A DNA stretch of 64,000 nucleotides from IMG/VR virus record IMGVR_UViG_3300021600_000004; one strand, given 5' to 3'. The first letter of the stretch is position 1. Every line of letters starts with the position of its first letter. The stretch is from a virus. Its lineage: Duplodnaviria > Heunggongvirae > Uroviricota > Caudoviricetes. Below, piece by piece: positions 30,131 through 39,268 of this stretch. The notes under the pieces are model-generated. The model was not told the DNA's origin, did not search any database, and saw only the letters and a program-made list of their open reading frames with translations. Position numbers and translations under genes: made by a program.

Positions 30131-31294
30131 TTATGGAATCAAAGTAGTTGTTGTTGAAGTAGAAGGCCATACAGTAGTAGTAGTACTAGTTGTAACAGTA
30201 GTGTCACCACTATCATTAACTGGAGTACCTAATGCTGCTGTTAATACCGCTTCAATTCCAGAGGTTGCACCATAAGGAACAGCAATAATTATTGTGCTAT
30301 CTTCCATGATGTAATCACCCCATTGGTAAGCTGATTTGTCATACTCATTAAACCTGATGTAATAAGTGGTATATGAAGTACCATCAGTTACCCAGCTTTC
30401 AAAGTTTTCATTGTAACCAACCATTCTGTAAAGATGCTTCAAATAACCAGCTTGATAACTGTAGAAGTTCTTTTCTAATTGTTGAATCTCTGCAGAGCTA
30501 CCAGAAACATAAGAGCTACGTTGAGTAACTACAGGTTCAGCAACTAAATTACAAGGATCAAATACAATGAAGTCAGCAGTGGTAGCAGGACCAGAATAAA
30601 TAAAGGTACGGAACCACATACGGTCATACTCCCAAGGGAAAGCAGCAACATCACATGGTTGTCCATATTGAGTTAGTGGTTTACCAGAGATAACTAATTT
30701 AGCAGAAGCATCATTACCAATACGTTGGAATTGATAGAAAGTGCTAAAGGAAATGTTGTCAGGATTGTTACCTGGAGCTTTTAAATTTAAGTGATAAATT
30801 AAATCATCAATTAAAGCTGGTACATCAACATCAGTACAAGGATCACCACCACACTCTAGGCATGGAGCATTCACTGTTACTGAACGTGTGAAACCATTAA
30901 AATACAAGGTGTTAATGTAGCTAGAAAAAGCACGTAAAGTTAGTGTAACAACTTCTCCTGGTTTAACAGTGAAATTACCTACTTCAGTTACTTGGTTAGC
31001 AGCAATAGGATTACCTACCACTTTATACCATTCTGTTACATTTGAACTACATCCAGATCCACTAGGACATCCTTTGATCTTATCAGATCTTTTAGAGCCT
31101 TGTAAATAAGTGTTAGTTCTACCTTGAGCTGCATAAAAATAAGGGGATGCTGCAATGTTACCAGCAGTTGCTACTGAGTAATCACTACGAAACAGCCCAA
31201 ATTGACCAGCGGTCAAGTCTTGTGTAGATCCAGAGCTAGGAAGTGTATTTCCTACTGGTACCACAAAGAGGGTGGTTAACGAAAAATCTGCCAT
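30131..31294 (-). CDS. Abundant structural protein (387 aa) with a C-terminal Thr-rich tail
   Basis: Followed by a strong terminator; C-terminus TTVTTSTTTTVWPSTSTTTTLIP. Confidence 0.55.
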   Translation of the reverse strand: MADFSLTTLFVVPVGNTLPSSGSTQDLTAGQFGLFRSDYSVATAGNIAASPYFYAAQGRTNTYLQGSKRSDKIKGCPSGSGCSSNVTEWYKVVGNPIAANQVTEVGNFTVKPGEVVTLTLRAFSSYINTLYFNGFTRSVTVNAPCLECGGDPCTDVDVPALIDDLIYHLNLKAPGNNPDNISFSTFYQFQRIGNDASAKLVISGKPLTQYGQPCDVAAFPWEYDRMWFRTFIYSGPATTADFIVFDPCNLVAEPVVTQRSSYVSGSSAEIQQLEKNFYSYQAGYLKHLYRMVGYNENFESWVTDGTSYTTYYIRFNEYDKSAYQWGDYIMEDSTIIIAVPYGATSGIEAVLTAALGTPVNDSGDTTVTTSTTTTVWPSTSTTTTLIP

Positions 31295-31322
31295 TTTGTT
31301 TTATTTTAAATTGTTAAATAAC

Positions 31323-32054
31323 TTATTCATTTGTCTGTATTCTCATTTGAGCAGATTGAACAGCAGACTGGTTTTCTGTATACATTGCTAAATTCTGAAC
31401 TGTAATATCTAAAAGCTCATCTTCTAAATATGTTTCTAGTTCACAATCTTCATCGAATGATGGTAAACCATCAAGCATTATGTAGCCAGTTTTGTTAATG
31501 TATTTGGGATACCTCATATAAGAGATGTATACTTTACTTGGTATAAAAGTACCATCTGTAAATATAGAGATCTCATCAGAAGATATAAAGTTAAATGTTT
31601 CTTGATATTCAAAAGATGGTTTATAATGTGTGTTGTTTAATATTAAAGAAACATCACCATGTTTAGCCAAATCTCTATTTATCCATATCTTTCTATCTTT
31701 GCATCTTCCTTTATCTGCTAATACATAACTATCTATATAGAACATGTATTTAGGTGTAAGAAGATGTATGTTTGCAGACCATTGATTTAATTCAGCATTT
31801 TTAATTGCTAAAGTAAGAGGTTGGTTATTGTAAGTTATAACCAAACTTTGTAGGTCTTCATAACGCTTTTTAAAAGCATCAAGCCCCATACCAGAAATTG
31901 TATTTTGACCATCAACTTTTTGCTTAATTAACTTAATCTGAGCTTCATTTAAAGCTAGGATTTTATCTTCAAGGTTAATTTGTTGATGCTCGTTAGTTGA
32001 TAGTTTATTTAGTTTCTGATCTATCTTGTATAATAAACTATCTACAGGGATCAT
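31323..32054 (-). CDS. Structural protein (243 aa) with an N-terminal LxKIDxKL motif
   Basis: MIPVDSLLYKIDQKLNKL... Confidence 0.5.
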   Translation of the reverse strand: MIPVDSLLYKIDQKLNKLSTNEHQQINLEDKILALNEAQIKLIKQKVDGQNTISGMGLDAFKKRYEDLQSLVITYNNQPLTLAIKNAELNQWSANIHLLTPKYMFYIDSYVLADKGRCKDRKIWINRDLAKHGDVSLILNNTHYKPSFEYQETFNFISSDEISIFTDGTFIPSKVYISYMRYPKYINKTGYIMLDGLPSFDEDCELETYLEDELLDITVQNLAMYTENQSAVQSAQMRIQTNE

Positions 32055-33061
32055 ACAGAAGCTAGTTTTTTAGTTTTTAATTTACCTTCTAGTGTTAATA
32101 GTTGGTCTTGATTATCTTCATCAGCTAAGAATTTGACTAAATCATCTTCATCGCTTGCTATTTCAAATTCACCTTCGTAAACTTTACCATTAGGTTTGAT
32201 TCTGTAAACAGAATGTGTAATAGCTTGTTTTACTAAGTCTTTAATATGGAGTAAGTTTTCTTTCATGTCAGCAAATCTATTAAAGATTTCTACTGTTGAA
32301 GATCCTTGGAATTTACCAGATTTGAATTCAGTTTGTTTCAAGAGGTTGTCCACTTGATTATATATAACTTCTTCTTTGGTTTCTTCTGTAACAGGAAGTC
32401 CTAAAAGTCTTGCAACTTTCTTTTTCTTCTCAGGAGTCATTCCATCAAACTTACCAATTGCTTTATTAATCAATTGTTTCTTTTTGAATATAACTGCATT
32501 CTCAATTTCATCATCTGCTACATAGAATTGTATATCAGCAGGATAGTCACCACGCTCCCAAGCTTGATAGCTAGAAGCAATTGTAGGATGTACCCTTAAC
32601 CATGCAAAAGCTAATTCTTGAAATGGAATAGACAAATCATAATAATTGTCACCATCCATAAGCTTAACTGGTTGAACATGAAGAGCATCATTTGTAGAAG
32701 TTGATAAACCATAGTTCCAAAATGAAGATCTTGGTCCTAAATCAATATCACCTAATGCAGCTTCTAACTTAGCACGTAAATTACTTACTCTTTCAGTTTC
32801 TAGTTCCTTTTCTAAAGGATCTGAAATTCTTCTGATATAAGCAGCATTTACATCAAGTCCTGTTCTATACTGTCCATCAAGTTCCTTGTAAGGATATTTG
32901 AAAACACCTGTACCAGGAATTCTTGTCATGCCTTTAGCAGCAAGACCACCTTGCATTGTCTGTAACTGAGAGTTATTGTACTCCTTTTTTAAAGTGGAGA
33001 TTTTTCCTGTCTTACCCATAATGTAGTTATTTATTTGGTTTATTAGCAGATGAATGTTCAT
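32051..33061 (-). CDS. Structural protein, 336 aa
   Basis: Intact ORF between the MCP candidate and the 243 aa gene. Confidence 0.5.
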   Translation of the reverse strand: MNIHLLINQINNYIMGKTGKISTLKKEYNNSQLQTMQGGLAAKGMTRIPGTGVFKYPYKELDGQYRTGLDVNAAYIRRISDPLEKELETERVSNLRAKLEAALGDIDLGPRSSFWNYGLSTSTNDALHVQPVKLMDGDNYYDLSIPFQELAFAWLRVHPTIASSYQAWERGDYPADIQFYVADDEIENAVIFKKKQLINKAIGKFDGMTPEKKKKVARLLGLPVTEETKEEVIYNQVDNLLKQTEFKSGKFQGSSTVEIFNRFADMKENLLHIKDLVKQAITHSVYRIKPNGKVYEGEFEIASDEDDLVKFLADEDNQDQLLTLEGKLKTKKLASV

Positions 33062-33120
33062 CGAAGAACTAGCAATTAAGCATTAGACTTAATTCAATCA
33101 TCCGTTTTTTTGAGAAGACT

Positions 33121-33142
33121 CCCCCAGGGGTTGCCTGGGGGG
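33121..33142. terminator. GC-rich hairpin downstream of the putative major capsid gene
   Basis: CCCCCAGG-GGTTG-CCTGGGGG is an 8 bp all-GC stem in a ~30% GC genome. It is flanked by a T7 run on the plus strand (an A-run on the minus RNA), so it is a non-canonical terminator or a stability element. Confidence 0.45.
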
Positions 33143-33192
33143 TAATTCTTCTCGGTAAGTTTAGAACATTAGTCCTACCCTTTGTTCTTATT

Positions 33193-34746
33193 TTAGAATT
33201 GTGGAATCTCTTCGATCAATACTGTGCGTGATAAATCTTCAATAAATACATCACAACGATCTTTCATCCAGATTTCATAACCAGGGAACTTGTTAGCACT
33301 TGACATACCTTGAGATTTAGCAAAACCTAAGTGGTGACGAGTACCATCGATATAACCCCAAGTCATTGAAGGAGCACCTTTCATTCTCACTTCACGAATG
33401 TTGTTAACCATAGAACCATCGCTCATAGGGCTTACATCAAATACCATGAATACAGGAGTGCTCTTTTTGTTCTGACCAAATTCAAGGTTAGTTTGAGGAA
33501 GATCCAACTCTTTCAAGTGAATCAATTCAACACGACCAGTCTCACGAGTAACCATTGCATCGAATGCAAAGTTATAAGTGATATGCTGACCTTCACCTTG
33601 CATATAACGATTACCGCTATCAGCCATGAAAGTAAGACCAGAGTTTAATGCATCATTCTTTAAAGCTTGTTGGAATACATCGAATCCAGCTTCATTAGTG
33701 TACATTTTAACTCTACGATCCTTAACATCAACCCTACGATAGAATAAATCACCAAACACTGAACGAATCAAGTTTGCAGTGAACTCTCCACGATTGTATT
33801 GAACTAAGTTACCGTTATTACGCATTCTGTGGTAAACACCAGCAGAAGTTCTTTTTAATTCTTGCTTAGAACCATTAGTCTTCACAGTACCAGGCTTAGC
33901 CCAGATCATACGCTTAACTTTTAATTCTAACATAGATTTACGCATCCAGAACTCAATGAATGGTTCCCACTTAACATCATTACGAGTTAGAGGTAATTGG
34001 TTACGTCTTTGAGGAGCATAAACCAAGATATCCAAAGCTTTACCAGAAGCATCAACCATCATTTTGTCATCAGCCCACTCAGTGATTTTGTGCTCATATC
34101 CATATGCAGAACCTAAAGATTCAAACATTGTGATTTGCTCACCCAAACGAGGAAGACCTAATAAGTCTTGATCGAATTCACCAATTGCAGCATCAACTAA
34201 TTCAAGCTCAATACCAACTTGTAAGTACACAGGGCTTACAAAATCAACTTGTGGGTTGTCGGTAATTAAATTGAATGTGTAAAGATAACCTACGTTCCAT
34301 GGTTGAGGATCTTTGATTACATAGAATCTAGGACCATATTGACGAGAACCTACAGAAACAATTGCGTTCTTAGAGAACTCATTTGTATCCAAGATTGCTT
34401 GAAACTCTTGACCATCAATACCAGGCTTAGATAACTCTAAAGTGGTAGTTGGGATGTCAATGATCTTAGGGAACTTGTAAGGAACTTGTACTTGCCACTT
34501 CCAAGCATCACTATTGTTATCAATATAGTAAGGAGTAGACTTGTTAATCATGTCTAAGAAATCATTACTGTAAAGAGAACTCTGAGTATACAAGCTGATA
34601 ATTTTCTTATCATAATCTGCAGGCTCTGTAGAGTGAAAGCTCTCCAAGTGGTTTGAATCTGTTAACTTACCTACAGCACGCTTATCCATAGAAGCTACTC
34701 TAGCGTAAGTAAAACCAGTTAAACCTGGAATTGTTTGAATTGCCAT
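33193..34746 (-). CDS. Putative major capsid protein, 517 aa
   Basis: Size and position (scaffold-like gene immediately upstream, strong hairpin downstream) fit an MCP; no direct motif evidence. Confidence 0.45.
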   Translation of the reverse strand: MAIQTIPGLTGFTYARVASMDKRAVGKLTDSNHLESFHSTEPADYDKKIISLYTQSSLYSNDFLDMINKSTPYYIDNNSDAWKWQVQVPYKFPKIIDIPTTTLELSKPGIDGQEFQAILDTNEFSKNAIVSVGSRQYGPRFYVIKDPQPWNVGYLYTFNLITDNPQVDFVSPVYLQVGIELELVDAAIGEFDQDLLGLPRLGEQITMFESLGSAYGYEHKITEWADDKMMVDASGKALDILVYAPQRRNQLPLTRNDVKWEPFIEFWMRKSMLELKVKRMIWAKPGTVKTNGSKQELKRTSAGVYHRMRNNGNLVQYNRGEFTANLIRSVFGDLFYRRVDVKDRRVKMYTNEAGFDVFQQALKNDALNSGLTFMADSGNRYMQGEGQHITYNFAFDAMVTRETGRVELIHLKELDLPQTNLEFGQNKKSTPVFMVFDVSPMSDGSMVNNIREVRMKGAPSMTWGYIDGTRHHLGFAKSQGMSSANKFPGYEIWMKDRCDVFIEDLSRTVLIEEIPQF

Positions 34747-34781
34747 TTTGTTATTTTTTTAATTTTTGTTATATAAATTGT

Positions 34782-36035
34782 TTATGTAAACCATGAAGTT
34801 TGAGTAGCAGGCTTACTAGATTTCACTGAACTTTTACTTGCCTGTCTAGCCACTTCACCAAATAACTCATTTGACTTTTTAGTGAGACCACTCTTTTGAA
34901 TCGTAGAGAGAGTGGGATCTTTTTCTAATATTTTTAATAATAGACCAAGTTTAACCTTCTTCTCATGATTCTCAGGACGCTTAAGTTCCAGAATAGTTTT
35001 ATCAAAGTCTGTGAGAGTTTCACCAGAGTTTGTTTTATACTTATCTGTAATAAGGAAATCTTGTAGTTCACTTGCTAATTTTGGATTCAGAGGAATACCA
35101 TCAAACTCTTTAGCTTTTAGCTTATCTTGCAATACATTCTGAACGTTCTGATAGTATTGTTGCTTAACAGCTTGTTGTTGTTGTAACTCTGTAGTCCTTT
35201 GTTGCTCTAGTTGTTGAAGCTTTGCAGCTTCTTTCTTTATTAAAACTTTATGGTGCTTTGCAGCAACTGTTTCAAGGTCACCATAATTTTTAAGTCTTTC
35301 AATTTCTGTTGTAACATCTTCAGGATCAAAACCTTGATCAGTTAGTGCTTGTTTTAAAACATTAACTTGATTGGCTTCCTGAGACAAATCCATTTCAGAA
35401 AAACTCTGAATGTTTCCATATGTACCGAAATATTCTTTAGGATCAACACCCTTAACAAAGATAGCATCAAATGCTTGTTGATAGTCTTCTCCAAATTGAC
35501 CAATGAAGTTGTTTACCACTTCAATAGCTCCTTTCTTTTTCTCAGAATTAAATCTTTCTAAGAATTCTTCTGGAGTTGAAATAGCAATATCTTCTTCATC
35601 TTCATCTTTAGAAAACACACCGAGTTTGAATAGGTCTTTAGATAGAGCAGAGAATCTACTCAACTCTTCTTCTTCACCCTCTTCAACCTCTGGTTCAGAT
35701 GTTGGCTTATTAGTAGTTTTAACAGCAGGAGCATTGTCCTCTTCTTCATCATCTTCATCATCTCCTCCTAAAAGGAAATCTTGAATAGAAGTAGCACTGT
35801 CTTTTTTATCTGTTGCAGCATCTTCCTCTACAGGAGCTTGTGCAACAACTTTTTTCTTTGAACCATTCGGAGGGATTTCATCTGCTTTGTTAATATCCTG
35901 TATATCATCAGGATTAGTTGTTGATGTTTCAGGGGCAAGCAAATCATTTAAAAGTTCTGCATTACCCAATCCCATTTCCATAGTATTCTCAATACTAAAG
36001 TTCCCAAACGGTTGACTATCTAAATTTTCAGCCAT
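34782..36035 (-). CDS. Acidic scaffold-like protein, 417 aa
   Basis: Very acidic low-complexity N-terminal half (DDEDDEEEDNAP, EVEEGEEEE) and a Q-rich coiled-coil C-terminal half; sits directly upstream of the MCP candidate. Confidence 0.45.
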   Translation of the reverse strand: MAENLDSQPFGNFSIENTMEMGLGNAELLNDLLAPETSTTNPDDIQDINKADEIPPNGSKKKVVAQAPVEEDAATDKKDSATSIQDFLLGGDDEDDEEEDNAPAVKTTNKPTSEPEVEEGEEEELSRFSALSKDLFKLGVFSKDEDEEDIAISTPEEFLERFNSEKKKGAIEVVNNFIGQFGEDYQQAFDAIFVKGVDPKEYFGTYGNIQSFSEMDLSQEANQVNVLKQALTDQGFDPEDVTTEIERLKNYGDLETVAAKHHKVLIKKEAAKLQQLEQQRTTELQQQQAVKQQYYQNVQNVLQDKLKAKEFDGIPLNPKLASELQDFLITDKYKTNSGETLTDFDKTILELKRPENHEKKVKLGLLLKILEKDPTLSTIQKSGLTKKSNELFGEVARQASKSSVKSSKPATQTSWFT

Positions 36036-36155
36036 ATGTAGTTGTTTTAAAATTGGTTTATTGTTGTAAAAGTATATTAGTTTAAGTTAATATCAAAGAG
36101 ATAGTATTCCATATAGATGATTATTTTGTATAATATAGCATTAACTTTTTTTACT

Positions 36156-36686
36156 CTAATCAAGTTTGTTTGTAAATGTATCATTTATAAGCCTAAAACT
36201 TCTGATTGGAGCAAGATCTGTAAGTGTAACTTGTTGTACCTCAACTCCCCATTTCTTTGCTTCAACTCTCACCTTCTTAGTTAACATGTTATCAATCTCT
36301 GAATCTGTACACTCATCTAATGTCATAGACATAATAACATTTTTTATAATGCTTGCAGACATATCTGATAGTGCATCTTGTGCATCCCACACTTCTAATA
36401 GAAATATCTTTACATCTGCTATTCTATATTTGATTAACCCTTTGACAACAATGTTTTGTTTGTCCTTGGTATACAAAGATTGAGCATCAAGACTAAGTGT
36501 TGTAATAACCACATGTTGATCTATCACCTCATCAAAGAATGGTATTTTGAAATGTAGCCCAGGTTTGAATACCCTTTTAAAGATACCAAACCTGAGTAAT
36601 ACAGCTTCTTCATAATCTCTAATGATAACTATTGGCTTAATTTCTATCCACCAACTGATTAATAGTTCAACGAGTTTATCAAACAT
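36156..36686 (-). CDS. SPFH/band-7 (prohibitin, stomatin or HflK/C-like) domain protein, 176 aa
   Basis: GLHFKIPFFDEV...VITTLSLDAQS...NIVVKGLIKYRIADV...ALSDMSASIIKNVIMSMTLDE...VRVEAKKWGVEVQQVTLTDLAP matches the SPFH core pattern. Confidence 0.55.
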   Translation of the reverse strand: MFDKLVELLISWWIEIKPIVIIRDYEEAVLLRFGIFKRVFKPGLHFKIPFFDEVIDQHVVITTLSLDAQSLYTKDKQNIVVKGLIKYRIADVKIFLLEVWDAQDALSDMSASIIKNVIMSMTLDECTDSEIDNMLTKKVRVEAKKWGVEVQQVTLTDLAPIRSFRLINDTFTNKLD

Positions 36687-36688
36687 AA

Positions 36689-39268
36689 TTATTTAGTTTT
36701 ATTTCTACCCTTGGCATTCTCTTTAGCCACTGCTAAATCGTTTGCTTGATTTTCTCTAGCCACTTGTAATTTTTCTCTTTCTATCTGCATCTTGTCATTG
36801 TTCTGCTTATTCTGAGCTTGGATCTGAGCTATTTTAACATCATAATCTTTAGCAGCCTTCATTTGATCATGAGCTAACTTGCTAGTTTCCAATACATCAG
36901 GTGTTGCATTTGCATTTAAATCTGGAAGAACAGCTCCTTTAGATTCAGCAGCAATCATTGCTATCTGCACCTTATTGATTCTGTCAAGTTCATTTTGATA
37001 ATCATCATGAGCTTGTTTCTCTTGTTGAGCTTGTTGAGCAGCTGCAATTTGAGCTTCAGATTGTTTTTGCTGTTGATCAAGCTGCTGTTGTTGTTGCTGA
37101 GCTTGTTGTTGTTGCATTTGGTCTTGCTTATCTTTCAATGTCTTAAACACTTTCTTCATCTGACGTACAGAGTTAGTTGTGTATAATTCAATGATGTCAT
37201 GAAGACTTCCACCATTTTGTATAACTGCTTGAGACAATCCTCTAATCTCATCAAACATTTTCTTATCTTCTGGTCTGTTAGTTAAGAACACTTTAAGGTC
37301 TCTGAACTTAAGCTCAGAACCATTCACCTGTACAAAAGCAGATTCTCCTTCAGATGTAATATAAGAAATAGTAGACTGAGGCTTTTGGCTTTCTATATAT
37401 AAAGAAGCATCAATCATTGCTTGATACAATTGACCAAGAACATATTCATGAGCTACAAACAAAGGTTCTGTTTGAGAATAGCTTTGTGTAATAGCAGCAT
37501 TAGTTCCTGTGGCTGATTCACTAGCTGATACAGATCCTAGTCTTTGCTTGGACATACCAATTAGTTCCCAACACTCATTTTTTAATTGCATAGCTAGATT
37601 ATATCTAGATTGAATCTCCTGCGTACGTGTAAGGTCAATATCTCTAAATTGATTAAATGAGCTAGGACTTTTTAAGTTCTCAGGACTATCATCAATAAAC
37701 ATCACTCCTCTGTTACGAGCTTCCATTTCCCATATATCTAAAGCATCTTGGGCATCACCATCTTTTGGAATAGGGATGTGTCTGATAGATGTAAGATAAA
37801 CTTTACCCACCTCCTTCTCAAGAAGCTTATATAACTGATTCATACAAACGTTGTATAACACTTGGAAAGGTTTCATTAAGTCTACTAAGCTTTTAGCTTC
37901 TGTATTCTTCACCTCATGAACTAGTCCTATAATAGGGCAATAGTTTAAAAGTTTATATGGTTTAATATGGTAGATATCTGGTCCAATCTTTATTCCTTGA
38001 TACCATTGGTTAATCCATCCCCATTCTAATGATTGTTCTGTAGGAAGAGTCTTACTCTTATAATTCTCATCAACAAGCATAGACTGCTCATTACCCATTT
38101 CATCTAAATAGATAAGTTTACCTATCTTCTTTTTACTGATCCAATAAGCTCTTACAACAACATACTTATAACCAAAGCTACTAACGTTAGACGTTAGTCC
38201 TAAGAAGTCTTTAAGTCCATCATTGTTCTCTTTCATCTCAGATTCAATCATCATTCTTGTTTGTAGAACAAGAGGATCATATGTATCATACATCACTGAA
38301 TCTTGTCCAGGAACTGCATCTGGATTACCAAGGTTAGACTCACGTACATTAATCAAACCATAATCCTGAAGAGAAGAACGTAAGTGATCTATCTCATCTT
38401 TAGTTAGATCAGGAATACTCTCAATAATTTCAGAAAGCTCCATCACTTGAACTATACCAGCAGCATATGCTCCTTGTGCTCTACCTGTAGGATCTGAAAC
38501 ATACTTCCTATCTGGTGTTGTAAGGAACCATGTGTTCTTTGGGTTAGCCACCTCTATATTAAATCCTGTCTTTGAGTTGTCCTCATATATATGAAAGAAC
38601 TCTCTAGCAGAGATTAATAAATCCCTAAAGCTATCTTCACTCTTTTCTTTTGTATTAAACTCAGCTTTCTCAGCAGTGAGTACGTGGTTAGCCCACTTCT
38701 CAGCAATAGATGTATATGAATCAAGTTCATCCTTCACCTCATCCATTGTCATTTGCTGTAACTGCTCATCATCTATTTGTTGTCCTTGTAATGCAGCCTT
38801 TTCTTGAATCTGTTGCTTTGCTTGATTAATTACATATTCTTGTAATATACCTGTTTTAAATTCAAGCTCTTCAGATTGACTATCACTATCAAAAGCTTTT
38901 ACACGAAATGCATCAGGTCTTTTAGATATTTCCCCAATCAGTTCATTAATAGGTGTTGTGATGATGGAATACATCTTCACATAGGCTGGTAGTTCTAAAT
39001 CAGATGTAAGTACATCTGTAAAGCTTCTCACCTGAGCATCTTGATAAAAATCCTCTGGGCGAAGAATACCTTTAATAAGATCATAGTTCTTAACAAATGT
39101 ATCTCTGTTCTTTACATACTCAGCATAAGCTTTGTTTGCAAAGTAGTCCATTGTGTTCTTCACCCAGCTCTCATCTTGTTTTTCTTTGTCAGTTTTAAAC
39201 TGATCAGGAAATATGTTCAAATAGGCATACCTAATTGTTGCATCTTTCGTATATCTTATAATTGCCAT
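36689..39268 (-). CDS. Portal protein (859 aa) with a Gln-rich C-terminal coiled coil
   Basis: Large ORF directly downstream of the terminase large subunit; size and position; C-terminus QQQQAQQQQQQLDQQQKQ. Confidence 0.55.
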   Translation of the reverse strand: MAIIRYTKDATIRYAYLNIFPDQFKTDKEKQDESWVKNTMDYFANKAYAEYVKNRDTFVKNYDLIKGILRPEDFYQDAQVRSFTDVLTSDLELPAYVKMYSIITTPINELIGEISKRPDAFRVKAFDSDSQSEELEFKTGILQEYVINQAKQQIQEKAALQGQQIDDEQLQQMTMDEVKDELDSYTSIAEKWANHVLTAEKAEFNTKEKSEDSFRDLLISAREFFHIYEDNSKTGFNIEVANPKNTWFLTTPDRKYVSDPTGRAQGAYAAGIVQVMELSEIIESIPDLTKDEIDHLRSSLQDYGLINVRESNLGNPDAVPGQDSVMYDTYDPLVLQTRMMIESEMKENNDGLKDFLGLTSNVSSFGYKYVVVRAYWISKKKIGKLIYLDEMGNEQSMLVDENYKSKTLPTEQSLEWGWINQWYQGIKIGPDIYHIKPYKLLNYCPIIGLVHEVKNTEAKSLVDLMKPFQVLYNVCMNQLYKLLEKEVGKVYLTSIRHIPIPKDGDAQDALDIWEMEARNRGVMFIDDSPENLKSPSSFNQFRDIDLTRTQEIQSRYNLAMQLKNECWELIGMSKQRLGSVSASESATGTNAAITQSYSQTEPLFVAHEYVLGQLYQAMIDASLYIESQKPQSTISYITSEGESAFVQVNGSELKFRDLKVFLTNRPEDKKMFDEIRGLSQAVIQNGGSLHDIIELYTTNSVRQMKKVFKTLKDKQDQMQQQQAQQQQQQLDQQQKQSEAQIAAAQQAQQEKQAHDDYQNELDRINKVQIAMIAAESKGAVLPDLNANATPDVLETSKLAHDQMKAAKDYDVKIAQIQAQNKQNNDKMQIEREKLQVARENQANDLAVAKENAKGRNKTK

